A stretch of DNA of 64,000 nucleotides from Nitrosopumilus sp. (GCA_965224195.1 OZ245040.1:1984001-2048000); one strand, 5' to 3'; shown: positions 31,261 to 42,628, counted from the first letter of the stretch. Notes: a model not told the origin generated them from the sequence alone. Program-made: numbers and translations.

Positions 31261-32397
31261 TTATCGGTCTGCCTCCACTGGCCAATAATTTAGACTCCAA
31301 TAAACTGATGGCATGTTACCTAGTTTTTCTCCTTTGAGAAGATTTGGTAATGCAATCAAATTTCTAAAGGAAGGAACACTCAACTTAACTCTGTATGGCT
31401 CCACTTTTCCATCAGAAACAATATAGCAACCCAATGAACCTCTGCCTGATTCTACACGCTTGTAAACAGATTCAAGTCCTTTGGTTTTTGGATTTGGTTT
31501 TAGTTTAACTCTGACTGAACCGGACTTTGGCATTTTTTGTAAAGCTTGTCTAATAATATTACAACTTTCCAACATGTCAAGCCATGGGATTTTGGATCTT
31601 GCATAAGAATCACCTTCCTTCATTACATTAGTATGAACATCTAATTCATCATAGACATCATATGGCTCCTTTACTCTAAGATCATAATCTACACCACTAG
31701 CTCGAAGTACAGAACCAGTTGTTCCATATCTAATTGCATCTTGTCTTGATAAAACACCAGTGTCTCTAGTTCTTGCAATTAGAATAGGGTTATCATAAAA
31801 GATTGCAGCATATTCTTTAATTCGTTTTTCAAAATAGTTTACTTGTCGCAAACAGACATCTTCAAAGTTTGGTGGTAAATCATTTCTAACCCCACCTGGA
31901 ACAAAATGTGCATGTGTTACTCTAGCACCAGTCATTTTTTCCATAAGATCAATTAAGAGTTCACGATCTCCTGCTGGCCACATAAACATTGTAGAATGAC
32001 CCAAAAAGATTCCGTAAATTGCAAGCCAGTACATGATGTAGATACATCGGTTTAATTCAGATGCAATTACTCTAACATACTTTGCACGTTCTGGAACTTC
32101 TATTCCAAGTAATTCTTCTGCTCCCAAAACATATGGATAAAGTACATTACATGAATCATGAATTACAGGTCTTTCCAAGTGAGGAATATTTGTGATATAG
32201 TTTCTATATTCAGCCATCTTCTCCTCACCACGATGAACGTATCCTGGATCTGGATCACATGCGACAATGTAATCACCATCAATTTGAACAATAATTCTCA
32301 TATGGCCTGAACCTGGATGTTGTGGTCCAACATTGAGAGTCATTATTCTTTCGTCAACTTTTTGGAGTGCTAATCCTGGTGGTAAATTAAAAGTCAT
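31261..32397 (-). CDS. nuoD: NADH-quinone oxidoreductase subunit D
   Basis: GPQHP, GYVHRG. Confidence 0.95.
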   Translation of the reverse strand: MTFNLPPGLALQKVDERIMTLNVGPQHPGSGHMRIIVQIDGDYIVACDPDPGYVHRGEEKMAEYRNYITNIPHLERPVIHDSCNVLYPYVLGAEELLGIEVPERAKYVRVIASELNRCIYIMYWLAIYGIFLGHSTMFMWPAGDRELLIDLMEKMTGARVTHAHFVPGGVRNDLPPNFEDVCLRQVNYFEKRIKEYAAIFYDNPILIARTRDTGVLSRQDAIRYGTTGSVLRASGVDYDLRVKEPYDVYDELDVHTNVMKEGDSYARSKIPWLDMLESCNIIRQALQKMPKSGSVRVKLKPNPKTKGLESVYKRVESGRGSLGCYIVSDGKVEPYRVKLSVPSFRNLIALPNLLKGEKLGNMPSVYWSLNYWPVEADR

Positions 32398-32399
32398 CT

Positions 32400-32996
32400 C
32401 TATCTACCTTTTATTGCAAAGTCCTTTCGAAGTGGAGGTAAGTCTGCCCAGTCTTCTGGCAAAAGTAATCGTCTATTATCAGGATGTCCTTCAAAGAAAA
32501 CTCCAAACATTTCAAAAACTTCTCTTTCATGAAATTCTACACTGTAAAATACATCTCTAAGAGTTGGAAGACGGGTTGCATCATTTCCAGGAATTGGATT
32601 AGTTTCTCTAGTAGCCCTAGTAGCTAAGACTAGAATTTGTCTGGCTAAGGATGATTCAGTGTAAGACCCAATATGGTAAACAACTTCAATTTCATTATCT
32701 TGAGGATAATCTACGCCTGAAACAGATTCAACATGGTCATAATTTAAGGCATCACGAATGAATTCAGCAACATCGTGTACATTTTCTTTACCAACATTAA
32801 TTCTCACCCTATCTTCTTTTACAAATCCAACTTCAACTTTATCTCCAAATTTTTCAACTATTTTATCAGAAATGCTTTTTTCAAATGCTGGTAACTCCAC
32901 AGGTGCTGCTTCAGGTTTCTTTGGTGCAGGTTTTGGTGGAGGAGATTTAACTTCAGGTTTAGCATCTGCAGGAGGATTTTCTGTTTCAGTACTCAT
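32400..32996 (-). CDS. nuoC: NADH-quinone oxidoreductase subunit C
   Basis: EREVFEMFG..FEGHP, PLRKDF. Confidence 0.94.
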   Translation of the reverse strand: MSTETENPPADAKPEVKSPPPKPAPKKPEAAPVELPAFEKSISDKIVEKFGDKVEVGFVKEDRVRINVGKENVHDVAEFIRDALNYDHVESVSGVDYPQDNEIEVVYHIGSYTESSLARQILVLATRATRETNPIPGNDATRLPTLRDVFYSVEFHEREVFEMFGVFFEGHPDNRRLLLPEDWADLPPLRKDFAIKGR

Positions 32997-33520
32997 TATA
33001 CAAACTTCCTAGCCTTCATTCTCTTGATTTTTTCTTGCAATAACATACATCCTTGAATAAGAGTTTCAGGTCTAGGTGGGCAACCTGGAACATATACATC
33101 AACTGGAATTACTCCGTCAATTCCTGGAAGTACATTGTATGAATCAAAATACAAACCTCCAGTAATTGCACAAGCTCCCATAGCAATTACATACTTTGGT
33201 TCTGGCATTTGATCGTAAACTAATCTGAGACGTGGTGCCATTTTTCTTGTAATGGTTCCTTGTACAACTACAAGATCACATTGTCTAAGTGAACCAAATG
33301 CTTCAATGATACCAAATCTTTCAACATCATATCGTGGACTTGATGCTGCACCAAATTCTACACTGCAACAAGCTGTTTCAATATGAACAGGCCAGAGTGA
33401 CCAAATTCTACCCCAGTTAATGGCATATCCCAATGGTTTATCAATTGCTTTTTCTAAAATATCTCCTAACTTTCCGATAAAGACATTTGCGTTTTCTGGT
33501 GTAACTAAATCTTTAAGCAA
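32996..33520 (-). CDS. nuoB: NADH-quinone oxidoreductase subunit B
   Basis: ACCSVE, GACA, PGCPPRP. Confidence 0.95.
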   Translation of the reverse strand: MLKDLVTPENANVFIGKLGDILEKAIDKPLGYAINWGRIWSLWPVHIETACCSVEFGAASSPRYDVERFGIIEAFGSLRQCDLVVVQGTITRKMAPRLRLVYDQMPEPKYVIAMGACAITGGLYFDSYNVLPGIDGVIPVDVYVPGCPPRPETLIQGCMLLQEKIKRMKARKFV

Positions 33521-33560
33521 TCTTATCCCCTATCCTCGTAAATACAATTTATATAAAAAA

Positions 33561-33935
33561 CTACCATATTCTTCTTCTCCCAGATTGATACAAAGCAAAT
33601 GCCATTGCTCCAAACATAATAGCTAAAAATCCCATCATCGGTAAAGTTGCCATCTTTGGAATTTCTAATAGTGCACTACCCCATGCATACAAGAAAATTG
33701 CCATCACATCAAATACTACAAACATCAGAATATACGGATAATACTGCATCATGAAATGAGTTCTACCTTCACCAGTTGGAACTTGTCCACATTCCATTGG
33801 AAGGAATTTTACTGGATTGCTTCTTTTTCGCGGAGAAATCATTCTTGAAATAATTAAAGCTGGAGCCATTGCTACTACGGCAAAGCCAAACATCAATACA
33901 ACGGTACTATAATTGCCCGCTAATTCCCCGACCAA
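33561..33935 (-). CDS. nuoA: NADH-quinone oxidoreductase subunit A
   Basis: ECG, FVVFDV. Confidence 0.92.
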   Translation of the reverse strand: MVGELAGNYSTVVLMFGFAVVAMAPALIISRMISPRKRSNPVKFLPMECGQVPTGEGRTHFMMQYYPYILMFVVFDVMAIFLYAWGSALLEIPKMATLPMMGFLAIMFGAMAFALYQSGRRRIW

Positions 33936-34048
33936 TTTAGCTTTTCACTCCAATTTTTGTATAAAAAGGTATGTTTCGTTTTTGGGATCAATTTTTTAAA
34001 AAAAATATTTTTGTAAAGAACTTAATAGGATAACCTCAAATCGCGATC

Positions 34049-34513
34049 ATGTCAGTAAATGTAGGAGATATTGCTCCAGATTTTGAACTTGCAGACACTG
34101 AATTAAAACTGAGGAATTTGGATGAATTTAAAGGTGGAAAAATAGTATTATCTTTCATAGTCGCAGCAAGTTCTCCTGTATGTGAAGTAGAACTTTGTTC
34201 ATTTAGAGATTCTTGGAAAGAAATTTCAGATTTAGGAGCTAAAGTCATAGCAATTAGTAATGATGGCCCATTTGCAAACAAGGCGTTTGCAGAAAAAAAT
34301 AACTTTAACTTTCCATTATTAGCTGATTATACTAGTAAAACAATTCGAGATTATGATATTTTGATGCCAGATTTACTTCACATTAAAGATTACAATGCTG
34401 CAAAACGTTCAATTTTCATCATCAATGAAGATGGAAAAATTGGTTACAAATGGGTTTCAGAAGATCCATTAAAAGAACCAAACTATGAAGAAATTAAAAA
34501 TTTCTTAAAATAA
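34049..34513 (+). CDS. Peroxiredoxin (BCP/AhpC-TSA)
   Basis: GDIAPDF, SPVCEVELC. Confidence 0.88.
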   Translation: MSVNVGDIAPDFELADTELKLRNLDEFKGGKIVLSFIVAASSPVCEVELCSFRDSWKEISDLGAKVIAISNDGPFANKAFAEKNNFNFPLLADYTSKTIRDYDILMPDLLHIKDYNAAKRSIFIINEDGKIGYKWVSEDPLKEPNYEEIKNFLK

Positions 34514-34518
34514 AAAAT

Positions 34519-35031
34519 TTATTCTATTTCTGCAACAACGTCGCCTTTAGCAACAGTTCCAGTTTCTTTGACTTTAATTGTTTTTACAACTCCATCTTTA
34601 TGAGATTTTATAGCAACTTGCATTTTCATAGATTCTAAAATACACACTACATCTCCTTTCTTTACAAAATCACCTTCTGCAACAGATATGGATACAACTT
34701 TACCAGGAATTTGGCTTTTCAAAGCTAATTGTGCATTGCCAGAACCACCTCCACCCGAATTTTTGTAAACAATTTCATCAAAGTGCGTGTGTAAGTTTAG
34801 TGTGATTGGAACATTATCAATTACAATATTCATTTCATTTGTAGATTGATCCAAATATTTTGCTTTGTGATATTTATTATCTAAAACAAATTCAATTCCA
34901 TTAGAATTCATTGATATAATTTTTAAATTATGTTCGTTGTCGTTAATTTTAACTACATAGTCATTATTTCCAAGATTCTCTACAATCTTTCCATCAAATG
35001 ATTTTTCAATATCTTGTATTTTATAATTCAT
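34519..35031 (-). CDS. accB: Biotin carboxyl carrier protein of acetyl/propionyl-CoA carboxylase
   Basis: ESMKM biotinylation motif. Confidence 0.92.
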   Translation of the reverse strand: MNYKIQDIEKSFDGKIVENLGNNDYVVKINDNEHNLKIISMNSNGIEFVLDNKYHKAKYLDQSTNEMNIVIDNVPITLNLHTHFDEIVYKNSGGGGSGNAQLALKSQIPGKVVSISVAEGDFVKKGDVVCILESMKMQVAIKSHKDGVVKTIKVKETGTVAKGDVVAEIE

Positions 35032-35037
35032 GTATCA

Positions 35038-36525
35038 TCAATCCAGTTTGTATTTCCAATTAGAATTATTGGCAATACTATTTTGAGCTCTGCTCTTAAA
35101 GTATTCAGAATGAATGATTGCTGCTGCTAATGCAGCCTCACTTTTTTCTTCTTTTTCTTTTTTAAGATCTTCAGTTAGTCTATCAATCATATCATAGCGT
35201 TTTAGAAAGTCTGTAGAAAGATCACCATTTTTGTATTCATCAGAATTGAGAATTGTTTTGTAAAGAGGTATTAAGGTTTCAACTCCCTGAATGTAAAAGT
35301 CATTTAGTGCAGCAAGCATTCTTGTTCTTGATTCTTCAAATGTTTGCCCCCAAGTAACGAGTTTTGCCATAAGAGAATCATAAAATGGAGAAACAGTACA
35401 ACCAGGATAAAGATAGGTATCACATCTAACACTTGGTCCAGCTGGAATTGTAACATCAGGTACAGGTCCTGTGGATGGAGCAAAGTCTAGGAAAGTATCT
35501 TCCGCATTAATTCTACATTCAATAGCATAGCCATTCATTTTAAGATCACTTTGTTTGAATTGAATTGCCTCACCATTTGCAATATCTAGTTGTAATTTGA
35601 CCAAGTCTAATCCAGAAACAAATTCTGTAATTGGATGTTCTACTTGTAATCTAGCATTAATTTCAATAAAATAAAATTCACCATTATCAGCCCTAAGAAA
35701 TTCAGCAGTACCCAAATTGGTATACCCTACTGCATCAGCAGCTCTACAGACAGATTCGCCTACACGTGCTCGTGTTTCTTCATCAACAATAGGTGAAGGA
35801 GTTTGTTCGATTAATTTTTGGTTACGTCGTTGAATGGAGCATTCTCTTTCAAAGATATGTACAGTGTTACCATGAATATCTCTAGCAAATTGATATTCAA
35901 TATGTCGTGTTTTTTCTAAATATTTTTCTACAAGAATTGCAGATTTGCCAACGGCTGCAATTGATTCACCAGTAACGGATTCAAAGCCATCTTGCAATTC
36001 TTTATCATTAGTTACAATTCGAATTCCACGACCTCCACCACCATATACTGACTTTAACATTACAGGGTATCCAATTTCATTTGCAATCTTTTCTGCTTCA
36101 TCTGCATCTTTTACGAGGTCAGGACTTCCAGGTACTGTTGGAACTTTTGCTTTAAGCATTGCATCTTTACATTTCATTTTATCTCCACAGAGATTCATAG
36201 ATTCTGCAGTAGGACCAATAAAGGTAATTTTATTTTTCTCACATAGATTTGCAAAATCATCATTTTCTGAAAGAAAACCATAACCTGGATGTACAGCATC
36301 AGTTCCTGATTTGTGCATCACCTCAAGAATTTTATCTTGATTAAGATATGATTTTGCAGGAGCTGCTTCACCAATATGATATGCTTCAGTAGCTTGTTTG
36401 ACATGCATTGAATTTCGATCTTCATCAGAATAAACAGCAACTGTCTTAATTCCGAGTGCTTTGCATGTTCTAATTACACGTAAGGCAATTTCTCCCCTGT
36501 TTGCGATAAGTACTTTTTCAATCAT
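35038..36525 (-). CDS. accC: Biotin carboxylase subunit
   Basis: IANRGEIA, HPGYGFLSEN, GGGGRG, RLQVEH. Confidence 0.95.
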   Translation of the reverse strand: MIEKVLIANRGEIALRVIRTCKALGIKTVAVYSDEDRNSMHVKQATEAYHIGEAAPAKSYLNQDKILEVMHKSGTDAVHPGYGFLSENDDFANLCEKNKITFIGPTAESMNLCGDKMKCKDAMLKAKVPTVPGSPDLVKDADEAEKIANEIGYPVMLKSVYGGGGRGIRIVTNDKELQDGFESVTGESIAAVGKSAILVEKYLEKTRHIEYQFARDIHGNTVHIFERECSIQRRNQKLIEQTPSPIVDEETRARVGESVCRAADAVGYTNLGTAEFLRADNGEFYFIEINARLQVEHPITEFVSGLDLVKLQLDIANGEAIQFKQSDLKMNGYAIECRINAEDTFLDFAPSTGPVPDVTIPAGPSVRCDTYLYPGCTVSPFYDSLMAKLVTWGQTFEESRTRMLAALNDFYIQGVETLIPLYKTILNSDEYKNGDLSTDFLKRYDMIDRLTEDLKKEKEEKSEAALAAAIIHSEYFKSRAQNSIANNSNWKYKLD

Positions 36526-36531
36526 ATCTAA

Positions 36532-38079
36532 TCACAAATTGATATTCCCATGTTTTCTTGGTAATTGTTTTACTCTTTTGTTTTCTAACATTTCGAGTGC
36601 TTTAATCAACATAGGTCTTGTTTCAGCAGGATCAATTACATTATCCACAGTTCCGTGAGATGCTGCAACGTAAGGATTTTCAAATTTTTCTGTAAATTCA
36701 TCGATTAACTGTTTTTTTAGTGCTTCAGCATCTTCAGCTTCACTAAGATCTTTTCTATACATGATTTTTACAGCAGCCTCTCCACCCAATACGGCACATC
36801 GTGCAGTAGGCCATGCATAATTAATGTCAGTTCTGAGATTTTTACTTCCCATTGCAATGTATGCACCACCATATGCTTTACCAATAACTAAAGTAATTCT
36901 TGGAACAGTTGCTTCACAATATGCATAAAGTAACTTACTTCCATGTCTAATGATGCCATTATGTTCTTGATTTGAACCCGGCATGTATCCAGGGGTATCC
37001 ACTAAAGTAATGATTGGAACATTAAATGAATCACAGAATCGAATGAAACGTGCTGCTTTGTTTGATGAATCAATGTCAAGTGCACCTGCAAGTACAATAG
37101 GTTGATTTGCAACAATTCCAACTACCTTACCATTCAGTCTTCCAAAACCAACAACAATATTTGCAGCAAACAATTCATGGACTTCAAAGAATTCATGATT
37201 ATCAACAATTGAGTTTATGATTTCTTTCATATCATATGGTTGCAAAGGATTTTCGGGAATGATATTGATCAAATTATGATCCATTCTGTTTGGATCGTCA
37301 TCAGTTTCAATTTTTGGTGGTGCTTCAGTATTATTTTGAGGTAAATATGAAATTAGTTTTTTAATGTAATCCATACATTCGTATTCATTTTGTGCAACAA
37401 AATGCGCAACACCGCTTTTTGAACCATGGGTCATTGCTCCACCAAGATCATCAAATGAAATTTCTTCTCCTAATACAGTCTTGACAACATCAGGTCCTGT
37501 GACAAACATTGTTCCTACTTTTTCAACCATAATTACAAAGTCAGTCATTGCAGGAGAGTAAACAGAACCACCTGCTGATGGGCCAATACTTGCAGTGATT
37601 TGTGGAATTACGCCAGAAGCTAATTGATTGTGATAAAAGATATCTGCAAATCCATCAAGACTCATTATTCCTTCCTGAATTCTAGCTCCACCAGAATCCA
37701 TTATACCAATTATTGGACACCCAGTTTGAACTGCATGATCCATTAGTTTACATATTTTTTTAGCACCCATTTGACTTAGTGTTCCACCAAGTACAGTGAA
37801 ATCATAAGCAAAGACAAAGATTTGTCTACCATCTACATTTCCATAACCACCAATTACTCCATCGGTAAAAAATTTCTTTTTTTGCATGTCATATTCGTGA
37901 TAATGATGTGTTGTTAATGGATCAATTTCAGTAAAAGTTCCTTCATCAAGTAAAAGGTGAATTCTTTCACGAGCAGTTAATTTACCCTTATCGTGTTGAG
38001 CCTTAATTCTATCTTGACCCCCACCTTGTAATGCTGTATTATTTTTTTTAGTATACCCTTCAATCTTTTCAGAATGCAC
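36532..38079 (-). CDS. pccB: Acetyl/propionyl-CoA carboxylase carboxyltransferase subunit
   Basis: GKLTARER, DSGGARIQEG, KAYGGAY, KHGN. Confidence 0.93.
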   Translation of the reverse strand: MHSEKIEGYTKKNNTALQGGGQDRIKAQHDKGKLTARERIHLLLDEGTFTEIDPLTTHHYHEYDMQKKKFFTDGVIGGYGNVDGRQIFVFAYDFTVLGGTLSQMGAKKICKLMDHAVQTGCPIIGIMDSGGARIQEGIMSLDGFADIFYHNQLASGVIPQITASIGPSAGGSVYSPAMTDFVIMVEKVGTMFVTGPDVVKTVLGEEISFDDLGGAMTHGSKSGVAHFVAQNEYECMDYIKKLISYLPQNNTEAPPKIETDDDPNRMDHNLINIIPENPLQPYDMKEIINSIVDNHEFFEVHELFAANIVVGFGRLNGKVVGIVANQPIVLAGALDIDSSNKAARFIRFCDSFNVPIITLVDTPGYMPGSNQEHNGIIRHGSKLLYAYCEATVPRITLVIGKAYGGAYIAMGSKNLRTDINYAWPTARCAVLGGEAAVKIMYRKDLSEAEDAEALKKQLIDEFTEKFENPYVAASHGTVDNVIDPAETRPMLIKALEMLENKRVKQLPRKHGNINL

Positions 38080-38181
38080 AGTATTCTAAAGCATGAAGGT
38101 TTCCTATATTAATTTAATTTGAAATAAACAAGATATGAAATTTTTACAAAAATTCAAAGATCATTGTTTTTTTTTAGAGTT

Positions 38182-38493
38182 TCAGGAGTTTAGAAGTGGA
38201 AATTTCTTCTTTACTGATTTTTGATAAGAGCTAAATGCATCTTTTTCCTCACTACATTTCTTACAGATGCATAATTGAGAGACATTTGAAATATCACAAA
38301 TTTTTTGGAATTCACATTGAGGGCAACCTGCAGGAGCCCCACATACTATACATTGTAATTCGTTAATTTGGGCACATTTTTCATGTTTAACACCCAAACC
38401 TTTTGCCCATAAACCAATTTCATTGACAGGAATTTTTTCATTACAAACAATACAAGTTCCAGGAAATTTCATAGGAATTTTTCTCCAACTCAT
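38182..38493 (-). CDS. Cys-rich conserved hypothetical protein
   Basis: Multiple CxxC motifs, co-oriented with neighbours. Confidence 0.75.
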   Translation of the reverse strand: MSWRKIPMKFPGTCIVCNEKIPVNEIGLWAKGLGVKHEKCAQINELQCIVCGAPAGCPQCEFQKICDISNVSQLCICKKCSEEKDAFSSYQKSVKKKFPLLNS

Positions 38494-39647
38494 TTTATTA
38501 GTTCAATCTCCTTTTCAATAATATCCCCAAATGTTTCTTCTAATTCCAATTCAAGAGTTTTATTTTTGATACAAAGCAAAACATATGGCAAACATAAAGT
38601 TACAAAAGAACTAGAAGACAAATGTAATTTTCTTGCCATAACATTAGATAGTGATTTTATTTTTGCACCATCCCAACGAATTCTATTCAGTAAAGGCCAC
38701 GATAAATTGTATTTGGCATATCTTATTCTATCATCATTTTGATATAATTTAATTAAAGTGTCATTCAAATATCTAAGCAATCTCCAATTTTGTGTTTTCA
38801 TTATTCTTCCAAAAAGCATGTCTGCTGTAGATATTATTTCTAAATATTTTGCAAGTGTTTGAGTATCTAACTCACTAGTAATAATACTAGAATAGAATGC
38901 GTTGATTTTTTCCCTGGGATCAATTTGCATTGAATAAAGAACACTACGAGCTTCTTCAATTGAATTGGCTTTAAAGAAAGCATTTACTCCATCTTCAACA
39001 TTCACACTCTCAAAAAATTGTTCAGTTTGAGGATTAAATCCAGTTACAAAAGACTGGGTAAGATTAATCATTGAACGAATATCACCTTTAGATTTGTTAA
39101 TTACTTTAATTAAAGAACCAGGACTAAGTTTTGCACTTTGTTTTTTCAAAATATTTTCAAGATATACTCTTAATAATCTAGGAGGGATTTTTTTAAATTG
39201 AATTGTTTTTACAACTTTTTTGATACTTTTCATTTTATCAGAAACATCGCTGTTTGCAGCAAGAACAATTGGAACTGTAGGTTCTTTTAGAATATCAACA
39301 AGTGCAGACGCACCACCATAATCACCCCTACCATGAATGCCATCTACTTCATCCACAAAAATTATCGGAGTTCCTAAAACACTTACATTTCCTAAAACAG
39401 GCATGAGAATTTCATTTATTCTCGATTTACTTCTAACATCACTGGCGTTAAGTCCAATCATATCATATCCAAATTGTTTAGCAACAAGATATGCTATGGT
39501 AGTTTTTCCTATTCCAGGAGGACCTACTAAAAGCAATGGCTTTGTACCTTTTTTCCATTTTACAAACCATTCAGTTATTGCTGCTCGGGCTTCTTCATTT
39601 CCAACCATATCAGAAATTATCTGAGGTCGGTATTTTTCAGACCACAT
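38490..39647 (-). CDS. rfcL: Replication factor C large subunit
   Basis: WSEKYRP, GPPGIGKT, LNASD, DEVD, GDIR. Confidence 0.88.
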   Translation of the reverse strand: MWSEKYRPQIISDMVGNEEARAAITEWFVKWKKGTKPLLLVGPPGIGKTTIAYLVAKQFGYDMIGLNASDVRSKSRINEILMPVLGNVSVLGTPIIFVDEVDGIHGRGDYGGASALVDILKEPTVPIVLAANSDVSDKMKSIKKVVKTIQFKKIPPRLLRVYLENILKKQSAKLSPGSLIKVINKSKGDIRSMINLTQSFVTGFNPQTEQFFESVNVEDGVNAFFKANSIEEARSVLYSMQIDPREKINAFYSSIITSELDTQTLAKYLEIISTADMLFGRIMKTQNWRLLRYLNDTLIKLYQNDDRIRYAKYNLSWPLLNRIRWDGAKIKSLSNVMARKLHLSSSSFVTLCLPYVLLCIKNKTLELELEETFGDIIEKEIELIK

Positions 39648-39655
39648 CAATATTA

Positions 39656-40771
39656 TCACTTAGGAAGTTTAGATTGATACTCTGACCATTTGTTGGCTTT
39701 TTGTAATTTATTGTACCAATATTGATTGTAATGTTCAACAGTCAAAAATAAGAATTCTAAAAATTCTTTATGAGAAAAATCATCAGGCAGCAATTCAAGT
39801 GTAAGCCTTGCATCTTGTAAATACAAATTACTTTTTTCTATAGTAACTTCGAATCCTTTTTTCACATCATTTGCTAATAATGAATAGTAAAGTGGCCAAG
39901 AAGGTATTTTTACAAATCCATTTTTAATAGAATCTTCAATTTCATTTCCACATCCAACACCTTCAGCAGCTCTTGCCATACCTAAATAGAAAATTTCTCC
40001 CAAAGGTCTTTCTGCCAAAGCCATATTTCTTCCAGCAGTTCCCATAACGGCACGATATTTTTTGTAAGATAAAGTCATCTCTTCTTCAGTAATTTCAGTT
40101 GGTTTTGATTTTAATTTTTCATCTAAATATTGTCCAATTCTTGCATCTTCAAAACCTGCTTCAAATTCTTTTAAAACTTGTTCACCGCCTTTTGAAATTT
40201 TATCTCTAGCCAATTTCAAAATGTATGGATTCATTAGCTTGTAATCATCAAGAAATTCTAAATCTTCGTCTTTGTCTACAATTCTATCCATAGGCTCACT
40301 TAGATCAATTGCAAGAATATGTCCTTCAACCATATCTTGCTTTAATTGAGGATCATCTCTTCCAGAATATTCTGCTGCTGCATCAAATAATCCATTAAAA
40401 ACAGGAAAAGTCATTTTTACAAAATTTGAATTTAAAATTCGGTTTACTCTATCTTGCATTACTTCAAGACTATCTAATTTGGATTTTATAGGCTCAATTT
40501 CAGATGCATTTAAGATAATTTCAGTAGAGCCTACTTCATTACCAAATGCTTGCTGAGTGGCATTTGGATTAGTATCAGATTGTATCTCATGCAACAACCC
40601 TTTTGCAAATCTTTCTGCAAAATTCGGGAATTGTTTTTCAGTTTCTTCTTTGTATTTGTTAAATAATTTGTAACCTTTAGATTTGAACAAAGCTTGTTTT
40701 ATAATCTGTTTTCCAGGTTTTGTACTCATCAAAGATTCTTTATTAATTACAGATTGATCTTTACCACTCAC
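39656..40771 (-). CDS. Conserved hypothetical protein
   Basis: 371-aa ORF, host-like composition, overlaps rfc start region. Confidence 0.8.
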   Translation of the reverse strand: MSGKDQSVINKESLMSTKPGKQIIKQALFKSKGYKLFNKYKEETEKQFPNFAERFAKGLLHEIQSDTNPNATQQAFGNEVGSTEIILNASEIEPIKSKLDSLEVMQDRVNRILNSNFVKMTFPVFNGLFDAAAEYSGRDDPQLKQDMVEGHILAIDLSEPMDRIVDKDEDLEFLDDYKLMNPYILKLARDKISKGGEQVLKEFEAGFEDARIGQYLDEKLKSKPTEITEEEMTLSYKKYRAVMGTAGRNMALAERPLGEIFYLGMARAAEGVGCGNEIEDSIKNGFVKIPSWPLYYSLLANDVKKGFEVTIEKSNLYLQDARLTLELLPDDFSHKEFLEFLFLTVEHYNQYWYNKLQKANKWSEYQSKLPK

Positions 40772-40854
40772 AAACGTTAATCTTTTTTATTGTTATTTAT
40801 GCTTTCAAACTAAAAATTTTCTTCACTTAAATTACGAGCGACTAGATTATCAAC

Positions 40855-41655
40855 ATGGAAGTTTTAGATATTCTTCGTGAAGCTTCAAACAGAATTTATG
40901 AAAATGTAAAAGATCTTGCCGGAACAGATGATGCTGCAGGAGATTTTGGTGTGGGGGCAGGTGGGGATATTTCAAGAAACATAGACATTATTGCTGAAAA
41001 AACTGTTTTAGATTATCTAAAGGAAATTAATTTTGAATGTGTAGTATTAGGTGAAGAGTGTGGACGAGTTGAATTATCAGACAAGCCAAAAGGATTTGTC
41101 ATCATGGATGCAATAGATGGTTCTGCAAATGCAGTACGAGGTGTTCCTTTTTTCTGTAGTTCATTAGCATTTGCAACAGAAAATAAGCTTAGTTCAATTA
41201 CCGATGGGGTTATTACAAATCTCTCAAACGGTGAAATGTATTGGGCATCTAAAAATAAAGGTGCATTTTATAACAGTAAACAAATCAAAGTTCACAAAAA
41301 AGATCCAATCTACAAAATAGTTGGAATTAACACATCAGGTTCATCAATTGAACTAATGAATAAATTACATTCAATTTTTGAAAATCATAATCATACTAGA
41401 CATTTTGGTGCAAATGCACTTGAAATGGCAATGTTTGCAAGAGGATTGATGGATATTTTTATTGATTTAAGAGATAAAATTAGAATTCAAGATATTGCTG
41501 CAGGATATGTAATTGTTAAAGAGGCTGGCGGGATGTTATTAGATGCTAATTTGAATCCACTTGATGCAGATCTAAGTTATGAGACAAGAGTTTCTTTCAT
41601 TGCAGCTGCAAATCAAGAAATTCTTGATGAAATAATGTCACAAATCAATAATTGA
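40855..41655 (+). CDS. Inositol monophosphatase / FBPase family
   Basis: GEE, DAIDGS, DIAAG. Confidence 0.9.
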   Translation: MEVLDILREASNRIYENVKDLAGTDDAAGDFGVGAGGDISRNIDIIAEKTVLDYLKEINFECVVLGEECGRVELSDKPKGFVIMDAIDGSANAVRGVPFFCSSLAFATENKLSSITDGVITNLSNGEMYWASKNKGAFYNSKQIKVHKKDPIYKIVGINTSGSSIELMNKLHSIFENHNHTRHFGANALEMAMFARGLMDIFIDLRDKIRIQDIAAGYVIVKEAGGMLLDANLNPLDADLSYETRVSFIAAANQEILDEIMSQINN

Positions 41656-41788
41656 ATTTTTAGAATAAAAAATTGTAAATTTGTGAATAGTTTGATAATT
41701 TATTTGACATTTTTGAGCTTTCAATAGATCCTGTAAGTCAGATACTAAGAGAAATATATTTAACCAAAGTCAGGAAAAAACTTCTTGT

Positions 41789-42628
41789 ATGGTAACTGAG
41801 ATGAAAGCGAAAGTCGTCTATAGAGAGATACTCAAAGAGGATCTGGTAATCATCAGATTAGTTCCAGAAAAAGGAATGCCAGAATACAAAACAGGTCAAT
41901 TTTTAACAATAGGTCTTCCAATTCCTTCAGAAAAAAAAGTTGTTAGAAGAGCATATTCTATAGCATCACATGCAGAAAATAGAGATTATTTTGAATTTGT
42001 AATTAGATGGGTAAGAAAACCACTTCCAGGTCGTGTAACTACTGAATTATTTTATCTAAGTGTTGGTGATGAAGTTTCGCTTGGTGATCCAACTGGTGCT
42101 GCATTACAAATTAGTGATAAGCTACCTAACGGACAAAAAGATAATAGAAGAATAATTTGTGTAGGTGGAGGTACAGGTTTAGCACCATTCATTGCATTTG
42201 CAAAACATTTTCACGATACTAATGATAAACGAGAAGTGATTGTTCTTCATGGGGCAAGTTATGTTGATGAGTTAAGCTACAAACGACTATTGACAGATTT
42301 AGAATTAGAAAGCGAAAAAGATAGAGACAAATGGAATTTTAGATACAGAGCAGCAATCAGTAGACCAAAAGAATTCTTTAATAGATCTTGGAATGGTCAT
42401 GTAGGCAGAGTTGAATCATTCTTCAAACCAGATAAAAAATCAGGATTATCGCCAGTTGAAGAAATGGTAGGTGAGGAACTTTCTCCAGAAAATACCATTA
42501 TCTACATTTGTGGATATCAAGGAACAATTGATGGTGTAATTGACTATTTAGGTTCAAAAGATTTTGTTACAGAGCATGAGAAAAAACCAGATGGAAGCTT
42601 TGGAATCAAGTTTGAATCTTACGGATAA
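41789..42628 (+). CDS. Ferredoxin-NAD(P) reductase (FNR-like)
   Basis: RAYSIAS, GGGTGLAPF, YICG. Confidence 0.9.
   Translation: MVTEMKAKVVYREILKEDLVIIRLVPEKGMPEYKTGQFLTIGLPIPSEKKVVRRAYSIASHAENRDYFEFVIRWVRKPLPGRVTTELFYLSVGDEVSLGDPTGAALQISDKLPNGQKDNRRIICVGGGTGLAPFIAFAKHFHDTNDKREVIVLHGASYVDELSYKRLLTDLELESEKDRDKWNFRYRAAISRPKEFFNRSWNGHVGRVESFFKPDKKSGLSPVEEMVGEELSPENTIIYICGYQGTIDGVIDYLGSKDFVTEHEKKPDGSFGIKFESYG

Noticed and set aside
23541-33935. Complex I operon lacking nuoEFG
   Set aside because: Known feature of ammonia-oxidising archaea
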